Position numbers and translations under genes: made by a program. From contig OZ240248.1 of the NCBI GenBank assembly GCA_965198235.1, positions 1,344,001 to 1,408,000 on the forward strand: 64,000 nucleotides of DNA, given 5' to 3'. A model generated the notes under the pieces. The model ran no database searches, had not been told where the DNA came from, and saw only the letters and a program-made list of their open reading frames with translations. Below are positions 10,615-20,345 of this stretch, one piece after another (within the stretch, counting starts at the first letter, position 1; each line of letters starts with the position of its first letter). This DNA comes from Candidatus Poribacteria bacterium. Lineage in GTDB: Bacteria; Poribacteria; WGA-4E; WGA-3G.

Positions 10615-11526
10615 ATGACCATAGTAAGAACAGTTTCTAACCCAAAAAAAGGGCGGGATGGATTCCAACAGAGACCTTCGATACGGTTTCTGCTCCATTT
10701 CGCCCTTGTTTTTATCTACCTTGCCTGCTCCGAAGAGGAAGCATCCGAGCCACCCGAAGGCATGGTGCTGATTCCCGCAGGTGCCTTTCAAATGGGAAGC
10801 ACGACAGGGGATGTCGATGAGGTGCCCGTGCACACGGTGGAACTTGATGCGTTTTACATGGATCCGCATGAAATAACCAACGCTGAATATCAGGCGTTCG
10901 TCGCCGCAACGGATCACCCTACCCCACGAGGGATCGGCTATACCGCCGTCTACGAACTTCTCAAACACGATTACGAACCGTGGGACGACCCCGGTTTCAA
11001 TCACCCAAATCAACCCGTCACAACCGTGACATGGTTTGATGCGACTGCCTACTGCGAATGGGCAGGCAAACGGTTACCAACGGAGGCGGAATGGGAGAAA
11101 GCCGCACGCGGTGGCTTGGAAGGCGCACGCTATCCATGGGGTGACACTGAACCGAATAACACAAGTGCCAACTTTGCTGACAGCCAAACGGAATTTGAAT
11201 GGCGGAGTTCCGATGTAAACGACGGATTCCTTTTTACCGCCCCTGTTGGAACGTTTCCGCCCAACGGTTACGGTTTGTATGATATGGCGGGGAATGTCTG
11301 GGAATGGTGTTCAGATTGGTACAGTCCAACCTACTACAGCGACGTGCAAGGTGCGGAGAGTCCACCCCAGAATCCGAAGGGACCCGACACCGGTGAACGC
11401 CGCGTTTTACGTGGCGGAACATGGTACCGTGCTGTGCACACAATTCGCAATGCCGAACGTATCAGCGATTACCCGGACAGTAGCCTGAACGTTGTCGGTT
11501 TTCGATGCGCCATGGATGCCCCGTAA
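10615..11526 (+). CDS. Formylglycine-generating enzyme (FGE-sulfatase/SUMF1) family lipoprotein
   Basis: MVLIPAGAFQMG, RLPTEAEWEKAARGG, NGYGLYDMAGNVWEWCSDWY, RVLRGG, GFRC; start may lie further downstream. Confidence 0.9.
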   Translation: MTIVRTVSNPKKGRDGFQQRPSIRFLLHFALVFIYLACSEEEASEPPEGMVLIPAGAFQMGSTTGDVDEVPVHTVELDAFYMDPHEITNAEYQAFVAATDHPTPRGIGYTAVYELLKHDYEPWDDPGFNHPNQPVTTVTWFDATAYCEWAGKRLPTEAEWEKAARGGLEGARYPWGDTEPNNTSANFADSQTEFEWRSSDVNDGFLFTAPVGTFPPNGYGLYDMAGNVWEWCSDWYSPTYYSDVQGAESPPQNPKGPDTGERRVLRGGTWYRAVHTIRNAERISDYPDSSLNVVGFRCAMDAP

Positions 11527-11585
11527 GAGGACATGGTGTGCACGTTGGTGTTCCTCGTTCAGGGGTAGGCGATTGGAGGTCTGTT

Positions 11586-12596
11586 GTCAGAACTGTGATT
11601 TTTGTGATTCAGTGATTTACAGGATGGGAGATGCCTATCGAGTGAAAATTGTCCTTTGTAGAATTACCGAAATATAGTAAAGCCCGAAAATATGTAGACA
11701 GTCGTTCAGCAAACAAACCCACCACCGCTGGCGAGGGTGTTTTTGATAGGGGTGTTTTTGCTTGGGTATTTCTGCGGATTTCAACAAGGTTTTTCATGCA
11801 CTTTCCCACCCCATAGGGGTGATATGTCTATAGAAAACGGTGTATTAAAGCGACTGCACCCCGTAGGGGTGCTATGTCTATAAATAGGTGGCAACTTGCG
11901 TTATAATAACGTGAGCTTGATAAAAAGTCTTGTAGGTGTTTTTGCTTGGGGTTTTTGATAAGGTGTTTCTGCGGATTTCCCCCAGGTTGAACGGGAATCA
12001 AGTAAAACGTGGATAGAAAAGACACCGATCAAGTTCAGTAGGAAACCTGAAGCCACTAAAGAACGAGTGAAACCCAACACTTTTTACTTCCAACACGATG
12101 CGTCTGTTGGGTTTCGCTATATCTCTCTCTATCAACGATTCGCAGAAAGGCGTAATTTCCTGTATAAACGCAAGGGGCTTTACCGCTCAACCCAACCTAC
12201 GGAAACCATATTCAGATTTTTAATTATCAAACTCACATTATAATATGTAAAATCATAGCAAATTTCGACGCATCTGTCAAATTGTACCGCAAACTTTCGT
12301 TTGCGCCCTGAAACCGTCAATGTCCCTAACCCCGTCTCTTCCTAACAAAAACCGTCGATAAACAGAAACCCCAAAAATCCGCGTAATCCGCACAATCCGC
12401 GCCAATCCGCGATTTGCGGCGTACTCGCCCAAATGCGACGTGCATTCAGACAATTCCCCAATCATAAAAATCACTAAATCACAATAATCACAGTTCAGAC
12501 TTCTTCCACTGCCCACTGCTCGCTGACTGCTCTTTGTAGGAGCGACCTCCCGGTCGCGATTCCCCTGTTCGTAGTAGTGCGATTTATCGCACGTTC
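11586..12596. repeat. Intergenic mosaic of repeat families (AATCACAGA-type repeats, partial MITE, REP-like units)
   Basis: cagaactgtgatt..(11586) and ..aatcacagttcagac (~12500); MITE right half 11780-11903; aacccaac/gttggg REP 12060-12201; REP doublet 12535-12596. Confidence 0.75.
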
Positions 12597-12605
12597 TCCA
12601 ATTAC

Positions 12606-14930
12606 TTATCGCAATGTTTTCAACTGTCCCCATGTGGATATCTCCTTACCAGCAGCACCGACATGCCCTTTCAGGCGGATGCCACGGGTCAAGGTCTGAT
12701 GATTCCCGTCAAGAGAGACCTCCTCTATCTGGTAGTAGTAGACGACGTTGGGTTGAGCAGTTGTATCCGTGTAGGTATAGAACTGCTTCTCGCTGGTCGT
12801 GCCTGCGCCAGGGACCATGGTTGCGTTGATGACCTTGAACTGTCCGTCTCGTTGCTGACTCCGCTTGATAAAGAATCCAGCGTTGTTCAACTCCGATTGC
12901 GTAGACCAAGTAATCACCACTGCGCCAGTCGCCTTATCACGGGCAGGACGGAAGTGCGAAAGCTCGACGGGCAACGCACCACCAGCACGGAATCCGGGTG
13001 TGCCGACATCAATCGGTAAGCCGTAGTAACTGCGTGCGCTCAGATGCATCTGTTGTGCGAAACTCGTATCAGAGGCGAGCACCCAAGAATCCATCAGCGT
13101 GCCGTCTTTCGGTTCCGCGGGACCCACAGAAACGGGAACGTGTCTACGGATAATCGAGCTACGTGCACCATCTTCGTCTATCGGTAGTGCCCACATCGCA
13201 GTGCCATCCTCAGAAACCAGGTTGCCAACCACATCCATTGCCGCGGCGCGAGCGGCTGCCTGTCCAATAAATACAGCCGTAACCGGCGGTGCAAGCGTTA
13301 TTTTGAACGCCGTCCCGCTCATCAACGAATAACGGCGTTTGGAAATACCCAACAGAATCAGTTCATACAGTTGATCCGTCCAGAGATTGACGACCTGACC
13401 GTCTGCCAGCCAGCCGTCAAGGTTATTACGTCCCTGTGCGGTGACAACGAGAACGGTTGACGGGGTATCGTGCTGTCCACTCGGATCAATCTTTGTGCCT
13501 TCCGGGATCGTGAATACCGCCTTCGCACCGATACTCACATCGACATCAGCAGCGTCGTTCTCGACTGTCAGCGTCCAACCACCCAGGTTCACCTGCTCTG
13601 TCCGGGAACCGTTGGAAATCTCAATCCACTGTGGCAATCTGCCACCCCCAGCGAACATAATCTCGCTGATGTAGATTTGACCTTCCTCCGGTATCATCAC
13701 GGAAGCATCTGCGGCTGTCGCATCGGCATCAGCAGTCGCCTTTTCCGCAGCTGCGGAGTCTATGCCGGAGCCAGCCTTATCTTTGACAGGAATGTCGTGT
13801 CCAGCTGTGCTGTTCGCATCAGTGATCTTTACATCATCGTCGTGTGGCAGGGATAGCGTAACCCCTGTTCCGGGTGGCATCGTGGTTGTCGCTACCGCAA
13901 GTCTGAGTTGCTCACGCCCGTTCGGCTTGTTCGCTACACCGAACGGCTTATACACATTCACGAATGGGGAAGCACCATCATGGAACTCCTTGAGACTGAT
14001 CTTCACCGTATCCACTCTGCGATGCGGCGTAATCGTCACACGGTACTGATGATACATATTATCCGTGCCAGTGGGCATAGGAACGTTCATAGCATCCGCA
14101 CCTGGTGCCACACCGGCCAAACCATCATCGGCCTCTCCACTGTGCACGTACATTCCCTCAGACGGATGCGGCAGAATCGTCGAATCCGCATCTCCCTGTG
14201 CATTCGCTCGTCGTGCGAAGGGGACACCTACGACCAAGTTGCTGGCTGTTCCACCTTCAACGTTAATCTTATCAAGTGTCAGACCGCCGTCAGGTTTCTC
14301 GGTGAGCACAATCCGCACGTCAAAGGCACCCGTAACTTTCTCCTCTTGGAAAGCACTGACGACCGCTTGGCTACTCGGGCGCAACCGCTGGATGGAAACC
14401 ACGTTCGGGCGATCAGTATTTACCGGTATGGGACCCATTAAATTAAACGACAGGGAACCCTCTTTACTCGTCTGCTCTTCATTAGGAGTAAGACGTTTGA
14501 CACCCGCTTTTATGTACAGATGAACTTTTCTGTCATCTGCATCAGTGCTGGCGGCAGCAATAGTAAACGCGAAGGTTTTCCTATCCGTTTGAACTCCACC
14601 AACGGCAGCATTGATGTCCTTTATGCTAATTTCTGATGTCGATCCAGCACCCGCTTGCCCGGTGCCATCAGTTGTTGCTGGAACAGCAAGAGCAGTTCGA
14701 ACACCGTTCTTATCTTCAACGTGAACAATGATAAACGCCCTCTCAGCAGTTGTAAGTGCTACTTCCTCAGCAAATGTAAGCGTAACGACGATATCTGTGC
14801 CGTATTGCTTGTTAATAACGCTAAATGTGGCATCGAAGTCATCAGCCGCCATCGCGGAAGGCACCACGAAAGCAAGAACAAATATTGTGATTAAACGCAT
14901 TAACGAAAATGCCATTTTCTTTGACAACAT
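12606..14930 (-). CDS. Secreted lamin-tail-like-domain surface protein, paralogue A (774 aa; apparently promoterless)
   Basis: Signal peptide MLSKKMAFSL..VPSAMA; IYISEIMF..QWIEISN..VNLGGWTL (LTD-like); C-terminal LPVELSHF..WSTQSELNNAGF..TWGQLK. Confidence 0.85.
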   Translation of the reverse strand: MLSKKMAFSLMRLITIFVLAFVVPSAMAADDFDATFSVINKQYGTDIVVTLTFAEEVALTTAERAFIIVHVEDKNGVRTALAVPATTDGTGQAGAGSTSEISIKDINAAVGGVQTDRKTFAFTIAAASTDADDRKVHLYIKAGVKRLTPNEEQTSKEGSLSFNLMGPIPVNTDRPNVVSIQRLRPSSQAVVSAFQEEKVTGAFDVRIVLTEKPDGGLTLDKINVEGGTASNLVVGVPFARRANAQGDADSTILPHPSEGMYVHSGEADDGLAGVAPGADAMNVPMPTGTDNMYHQYRVTITPHRRVDTVKISLKEFHDGASPFVNVYKPFGVANKPNGREQLRLAVATTTMPPGTGVTLSLPHDDDVKITDANSTAGHDIPVKDKAGSGIDSAAAEKATADADATAADASVMIPEEGQIYISEIMFAGGGRLPQWIEISNGSRTEQVNLGGWTLTVENDAADVDVSIGAKAVFTIPEGTKIDPSGQHDTPSTVLVVTAQGRNNLDGWLADGQVVNLWTDQLYELILLGISKRRYSLMSGTAFKITLAPPVTAVFIGQAAARAAAMDVVGNLVSEDGTAMWALPIDEDGARSSIIRRHVPVSVGPAEPKDGTLMDSWVLASDTSFAQQMHLSARSYYGLPIDVGTPGFRAGGALPVELSHFRPARDKATGAVVITWSTQSELNNAGFFIKRSQQRDGQFKVINATMVPGAGTTSEKQFYTYTDTTAQPNVVYYYQIEEVSLDGNHQTLTRGIRLKGHVGAAGKEISTWGQLKTLR

Positions 14931-15067
14931 TCGTTTAATCCCCCCGTGACCCTCTTCTGTAGGAGCGACCTCCTGGTCGCGATCTTCTGTTCGTAGTAGT
15001 GCGATTCATCGCACGTTCCCAAATCACAGTTCAGACAATTACTGACAACCGATAACTAACAACTACT

Positions 15068-15109
15068 AAAAAACAAAACGGGGTAATGTCGCTAAGGACA
15101 CTACCCCGT
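15068..15109 (-). terminator. Rho-independent terminator of paralogue B
   Basis: Minus strand acggggtagtgtc-cttagc-gacattaccccgt followed by tttgtttttt. Confidence 0.8.
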
Positions 15110-15171
15110 CTTGTGGTTAAGGTTAGTTCAAACAAATTTTATCCCTGAAATAACCTTGTTGTTCCTACTAC

Positions 15172-18100
15172 TTATTGCGATGTCTTCAATTCTCCCCACG
15201 TCAGCGTGGCTTTACCGGCGACACTCACATGCCCTTTCAGGCGCATGCCGCGGGTCAGCGTCTGACGATTACCATCGAGAGATACATCTTCAATCTGGTA
15301 GTAGTATACGACGTTGGGTTGAGCAGTTGTATCCGTGTAGGTATAGAACTGCTTTTCACTCGTTGTGCCTGCACCAGCGATCATTGCCGCGTTGATGACT
15401 TTGAACTCGCCGTCTTTTTGCTGACTCCGCTTGATGAAGAATCCAGCGTTGTTCAGCTCAGATTGCGTAGACCAGGTAATCACCACTGCGCCAGTCGCCT
15501 TATCACGGGCAGGACGGAAATGTGAAAGTTCAACAGGCAACGCACCACCAGGACGGAATCCGGGTGTGCCGACATCGCTTTGTGCGCCGTAGTAACTCGC
15601 GGCACGGATGTGCGTCGGTTGCGCGAAACTCGTATCGGATGCGAGTGCCCAATTCATCATCATCGTGCCATCTTCGGGTTCCGCAGCACCGACAGAGACT
15701 TGGACGTGTCCACGAATAATCGAGCTACGTCCGTCCTCACTCATCGGCAATGCCCATGCGGCAGCACCATCAGCACCGAGGTTACCCACGATATCCGTCG
15801 CTTCTGCGCGTTCCTTCGCGGCTTTGGCATCAGCGGCGGCCTTGGCGGCTGCAGCTGCGCGCGCGGCTGCGATTTCGGCTGCCGTTGTTGGCGCGGCTGC
15901 TTTCTTCGCTGGAGCTTCAATCGGCACCGGGGGGGCGAGCGTTATTTTGAACGCCATACCGCTCAACAACGAATAGCGAGGTTTCAGAACACCTGCTATG
16001 ATCAGGTCAATCTCGGTCGTAGACCCTGGTTGATTCAGGACCATAACCTGACTCCTTGCCTTCGCGCCCGTAAGGTTGTTACGTCCTCTTTCGGTCACGA
16101 GGAGCAGCGTTGACGGGGTATCGTCCTGTCCACTCATATCGATCTTCGTGCCTTTCGGGATCTCGAAAGTTACTGAACCGACACTCACATCGGTATCGGC
16201 TGCAGCGTTATCGACCGTCAGCGTCCAACCGCTCAGGTCGACCTCTTCTGACCGCGAACCGTTGGAGATCTCAATCCACTGTGGGAGCGTCCCACCGCCA
16301 GCGAACATAATTTCGCTGATGTAGATTTTACCGACCATCGGCATCGAGACAGAAGTATCTGCTGCTTTTGCGGCTGTTGCGGCTGCGGCAGCAGCTTTCG
16401 CTTTTGCTGCTGCTACTATAGCTGCGGCTTCAGAAGGACTAATGACACGTGTGGAACCCGGTGAAGCATCGTATTTACCTTCAAGACCTAACTTGAAGTT
16501 GACGCTTGGCGATGTCGACTGCATCCAACTACCTGCTACCGTACCGTTTGCGGGCATCATCGCGCCTGCTGCTGCACCTACTGTTGTATCTGCCACCATC
16601 CCACGATACATAGAAGCAAGCTGCTGTATCGGTGCGATTGCAGCGACATCTGCGGTACCTGCGTCAACCCCAGATCTTCCACTCTGACCTTTACCGGCGA
16701 TTGACCAGTAAATATCCGCTGTGGTCCCTGTTGTTGCGGGTGCGATAACGGTTCCAGCAAATGTTTTCGTACCGACCCGGTCAACGAGCACACCCGCTGT
16801 GCCATCATCCTTCACGTATGTCGCACGAGGGGTCTCGTTCGCTTGATAGAACCACAACGCCCATTTATTTTCACCAATCTCAATAGCGGCTGTGGTCGCA
16901 TTGGCAATCTCAATCCATTGGCTGTTTGTGGCATCAGCGGTTTGGCTGGCATCGGTGCCCCACATCACTTCACTGATATAGGCGGCTCCCGCTGCTGTGC
17001 CATCGTATGCCACGAGGTCAATCGTGCCATTATTGGCGAGGAACGTCTCTAAGTTCGGCAGACTCCCCGATGCCCTGACATTGTATAACAATTGGGCAGG
17101 CGTCTGCTTATGGGGGACATTCTCTACTTTCGTCTTATCCGCCGCATCTACCTCGTCCGAGAAATCTATGCCGGAACCAGCCTTATCCTTCGTAAGGATG
17201 TAGTGCCCAGCCGTGTCCGCGTAAGTGATCATTGCAGCTTCGCCGTGCGGCAGGTAAAACATAAACCCTGCACCGAGTGCAGCAAGGTCTGTCGCTACGG
17301 CGAGTCTGAGTTGCTCACGCCCGTTCGGCTTGTTCGCTACATTAAAAGGCTTATACACATTCGGAAACGGTACAGCATTATCATGGAATTCCTTGATACT
17401 GATTTTCACCATATCCACTCTGCGATGTGGCGTAATCGTCACACGATACTGATGATACATACTATCAGGACCCGTAGTCAGCGGGACAAATGTGTGATCG
17501 GTAAGACTTGGTGAACTCACCTCACCTAGCGCACCAACTAAAGCGTCGTCACCATCGTGAGCATACATACCCTCAATTGGATGGGGTCTATACGTGCTTG
17601 CCAACTGATCAGCGGTAGGCTCATCAGCGAGCGTATCTCCGAGCCGCGAGAAGGGCACACCTACGACCAAGTTGCTGGCTGTTCCACCGTCAACCTCAAT
17701 GTGAGCAAGTTTAAATTCATGCGGCAACTCGGTGAACACGATCTTAACGTCAAAGGCACCCGTAACTTTTTCCTCTTGGAAAGCAGAGACGACTGTTTGG
17801 CTACCCGGACGCAACCGTTGGATAGAAACCACGTTCGGACGATCAGTATTTACCGGTATGGGACCGATCAAATCAATACTCGCTGAAGCCTTTTTGCTCG
17901 TCTTCGCTTCCTCAGGGACAAAACGGGCAACACCTGCTGGTATGAACAGATGAATTTTTCTGTCATCCATATCAGTGCTTTCGGCATCAATAGTAAACAC
18001 GAACTGTTTTCTATCCGTTTGATCGCCGGTAACAGCAAGGTTGATGTCCTTCGCGCTAATTTCTGATGTTGATGTAGCACTAGCATCTGGCGGGTTGTCA

Positions 18101-18381
18101 CCAACTGCTGTAATTGTTGTGGGGACAGTGATAGCAGTTCGAACACCGTTCTTATCTTCAATATGAACGGTAATTATCCTTGTCTCTGCCTCCTGTATAT
18201 TTGCAAGCGGTACTTCCTCTTTAAAAGTAATCGTAACCTCGATATCTGTGGCATAGGTTGTATTAACAACGCTAAATTCGGCATCGAAGTCGTCAGCCGC
18301 TATCGCAGAAGGCACCACGAAAGCAAGAGCGAGAATTGTTATTAGACTCATTAACGAAAATGCCATTTTCTTTGACAACAT
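15172..18381 (-). CDS. Secreted lamin-tail-like-domain surface protein, paralogue B (1069 aa; faces the promoter)
   Basis: Same N- and C-termini as A and C; two LTD-like modules (YISEVMWG..QWIEIAN; IYISEIMF..QWIEISN); Ala/Lys-rich linkers. Confidence 0.85.
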   Translation of the reverse strand: MLSKKMAFSLMSLITILALAFVVPSAIAADDFDAEFSVVNTTYATDIEVTITFKEEVPLANIQEAETRIITVHIEDKNGVRTAITVPTTITAVGDNPPDASATSTSEISAKDINLAVTGDQTDRKQFVFTIDAESTDMDDRKIHLFIPAGVARFVPEEAKTSKKASASIDLIGPIPVNTDRPNVVSIQRLRPGSQTVVSAFQEEKVTGAFDVKIVFTELPHEFKLAHIEVDGGTASNLVVGVPFSRLGDTLADEPTADQLASTYRPHPIEGMYAHDGDDALVGALGEVSSPSLTDHTFVPLTTGPDSMYHQYRVTITPHRRVDMVKISIKEFHDNAVPFPNVYKPFNVANKPNGREQLRLAVATDLAALGAGFMFYLPHGEAAMITYADTAGHYILTKDKAGSGIDFSDEVDAADKTKVENVPHKQTPAQLLYNVRASGSLPNLETFLANNGTIDLVAYDGTAAGAAYISEVMWGTDASQTADATNSQWIEIANATTAAIEIGENKWALWFYQANETPRATYVKDDGTAGVLVDRVGTKTFAGTVIAPATTGTTADIYWSIAGKGQSGRSGVDAGTADVAAIAPIQQLASMYRGMVADTTVGAAAGAMMPANGTVAGSWMQSTSPSVNFKLGLEGKYDASPGSTRVISPSEAAAIVAAAKAKAAAAAATAAKAADTSVSMPMVGKIYISEIMFAGGGTLPQWIEISNGSRSEEVDLSGWTLTVDNAAADTDVSVGSVTFEIPKGTKIDMSGQDDTPSTLLLVTERGRNNLTGAKARSQVMVLNQPGSTTEIDLIIAGVLKPRYSLLSGMAFKITLAPPVPIEAPAKKAAAPTTAAEIAAARAAAAAKAAADAKAAKERAEATDIVGNLGADGAAAWALPMSEDGRSSIIRGHVQVSVGAAEPEDGTMMMNWALASDTSFAQPTHIRAASYYGAQSDVGTPGFRPGGALPVELSHFRPARDKATGAVVITWSTQSELNNAGFFIKRSQQKDGEFKVINAAMIAGAGTTSEKQFYTYTDTTAQPNVVYYYQIEDVSLDGNRQTLTRGMRLKGHVSVAGKATLTWGELKTSQ

Positions 18382-18556
18382 TCGTTCAATCTCCTTGTTC
18401 TTATGGAATAAAATTTTAAACTTAAACCTAAAACCTCACGGAAGGGAAAAAATGGAAAAGTAATCTTTTTCATGTCTTGCCTCCGCTTATGTACAAAATA
18501 AGAACGGATCCAGGGATTGTAAACCCATTCCTCATTTGAACCTAACCTTTTGCACA
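18308..18556 (-). repeat. Left arm of ~250-bp inverted repeat (leader + signal-peptide codons of B)
   Basis: Reverse complement of 20346-20592; only a few differences in the ~175-nt leader. Confidence 0.95.
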
Positions 18557-18695
18557 TAATGTAACTTACACATTATGTGCTGTTTTCAAGGGTTGCTAAT
18601 CGATGCGGCTCTAAGAGTGACTCTTAATGTGTGAAAACATCGCGTTTCAACTCATAATGTGCCAAAATATCGCGTTTCAACCCTTTACACAGTTA

Positions 18696-18724
18696 ATTCT
18701 ACCCTATTAAACGCTATTTGTCAA
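18696..18724 (-). promoter_or_regulatory. Strong sigma70 promoter directed at paralogue B, inside the inter-repeat segment
   Basis: Minus strand TTGACA-17 nt-TAGAAT; A/T tracts upstream (18725-18810), UP-element-like. Confidence 0.8.
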
Positions 18725-19372
18725 ATTAAAATTACAAAAAAACGCACTTTTTTGCGAAAAAACGCATAATTCGTCAAAAAAAGTGCGAAATTCGCAAAAA
18801 AAGTGTAAAATGGAGTATTGGTTGTCGTCAGAACTGTGATTTTTCTGATTTACTGAGTGGAAGAAGTCAGAACTGTGATTTCTGTGATTTCTGGGATGTG
18901 CCGTGATTGGGAAATTTTCAGAACTGTGATTTGTGGGATTTCTGGGATGTGCCGTGATGTAGAAAACGGTGTATCTAAGCAACCCCACCCCGTAGGGGTG
19001 CTATGTCTATAGAAAACGGTGTATCCAACCAAACGCACCCCGTAGGGGTGCTATGTCTATAAATAAGTGGCAACCTGCGTTACATTAATATATATTAAAG
19101 GAACCGAAGGTGGGGTATTATCTACAGCAGTTTCGTAGCGGAAACCCTCATCACAGAAATCACATCATCAGAAAAATCACAGTTCAGACAGCGGTTTTGC
19201 GGATAAGGCGGGTTAGAGGGGGGAGGTGCTGATAACGCCTGTCTTCTGTAGGAGCGACCTCCTGGTCGCGATCCACCTGTTTGTAGTAGTGCGATTCATC
19301 GCACGTTCTTATGCACCCCTGTCCCCCTGATAAGGGGGATTGAGAGGGTTGGGGGGTTACTGACCCCTACTA

Positions 19373-19491
19373 ACAAAAGCAGATAACGGGAGAGTTCCCT
19401 ATACTCCCCCGCTACCCTTTTAGTTTAATCAAATGGAGGAGATTAGTGTCGTCCTCAGGACAGGTTAAGTTTAGCCTCATTCCAGGAGGTT
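19373..19491 (-). ncRNA. Candidate small RNA (or 22-aa small ORF transcript)
   Basis: Between promoter 19499-19527 and hairpin gcgggggagt/actctcccgt + U-rich tail; contains anti-SD-like CCTCCT and CTCCTCC. Confidence 0.4.
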
Positions 19492-19498
19492 AACCTTA

Positions 19499-19527
19499 AT
19501 TATCCAATTTCTACGGAAAAATGTCAA
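19499..19527 (-). promoter_or_regulatory. Putative sigma70 promoter of the candidate sRNA
   Basis: Minus strand TTGACA-17 nt-GATAAT. Confidence 0.6.
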
Positions 19528-19766
19528 GGGGCAAGTCTTGTGCCTTCAGGGCTATTTAGTTTTAGGTGCTTTATCCAATTGAGCCGAAAAGTCGCGAGCG
19601 GGAGCTCGTTTCCCCAGGTCTTGTGCCTGCGCACCCAAGAACCATTGTAGGGGGTTTTTGCTTGGGGATTTCCCCAGGTCTTGTGCCTGCCCGTTCCCTT
19701 GTGCCTGCCCTATATACAGTATATATAAGGAGCACACCATATATACCTACATATAAGGAGCATACC

Positions 19767-20183
19767 ATGTCAAACGAAATCTATCTCTCCGTCGCCCAAG
19801 CCGCCGATCTACTGGGCATCTCGCAAGAAACCCTCTACAAAGAAATTCAATCTGGGAACCTTACCGCGACAGAGAACCCGGACCAAAAACGGAAGCATAA
19901 AGTCATCGCCGTCAGCGAACTCTCGCGCCTCTACGGTAAGATATGCATCCCTGACGGGTATCTCGAATACTCCGGGGATAAGTCAGTTGATTTTGTGAGG
20001 GTTGCGCTCCGACAAGAGAATGAGAGGCTCCGTAAGGCGTTGGAAGAGACCCAGAATCGCGAGCGGAATCTCAATGAGCAGCTCAAGACCGCACTTCAAA
20101 ACCACAAAACGCTTATCGAGACCCACGCAGATCTCACCAAAACCATCGATAATTTAACCACTGTGCTGGATAAAATGACCTAA
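19767..20183 (+). CDS. Excisionase/MerR-like winged-HTH DNA-binding protein with C-terminal coiled coil
   Basis: YLSVAQAADLLGISQETLYKEIQSGNL (HTH_17-like); heptad tail LRQENERLRKALEE; AAGGAG RBS before ATG 19767. Confidence 0.8.
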   Translation: MSNEIYLSVAQAADLLGISQETLYKEIQSGNLTATENPDQKRKHKVIAVSELSRLYGKICIPDGYLEYSGDKSVDFVRVALRQENERLRKALEETQNRERNLNEQLKTALQNHKTLIETHADLTKTIDNLTTVLDKMT

Positions 20184-20345
20184 ATTCTTTCTTGTTTGTA
20201 AAACACCTGCTATTTTACAGAGAATCCCTCCGGAATTACAATTTTTTGAAATACCTCCCGGCCCTCCCTCGTCTCGGTAGGCGCGGTTTGTAACTGGAAG
20301 CCTCACACTTCCGATTCTCGCCGCTCCTGGCCGAATTTAACCTTT

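Noticed and set aside
13908-17953. Numerous plus-strand ORFs over paralogues A and B (and other antisense ORFs across the window)
   Set aside because: Shadow frames of long genes with no recognisable motifs
18557-20345. Composite transposon or prophage remnant
   Set aside because: The flanking repeats are gene leaders rather than IS ends; no transposase or integrase
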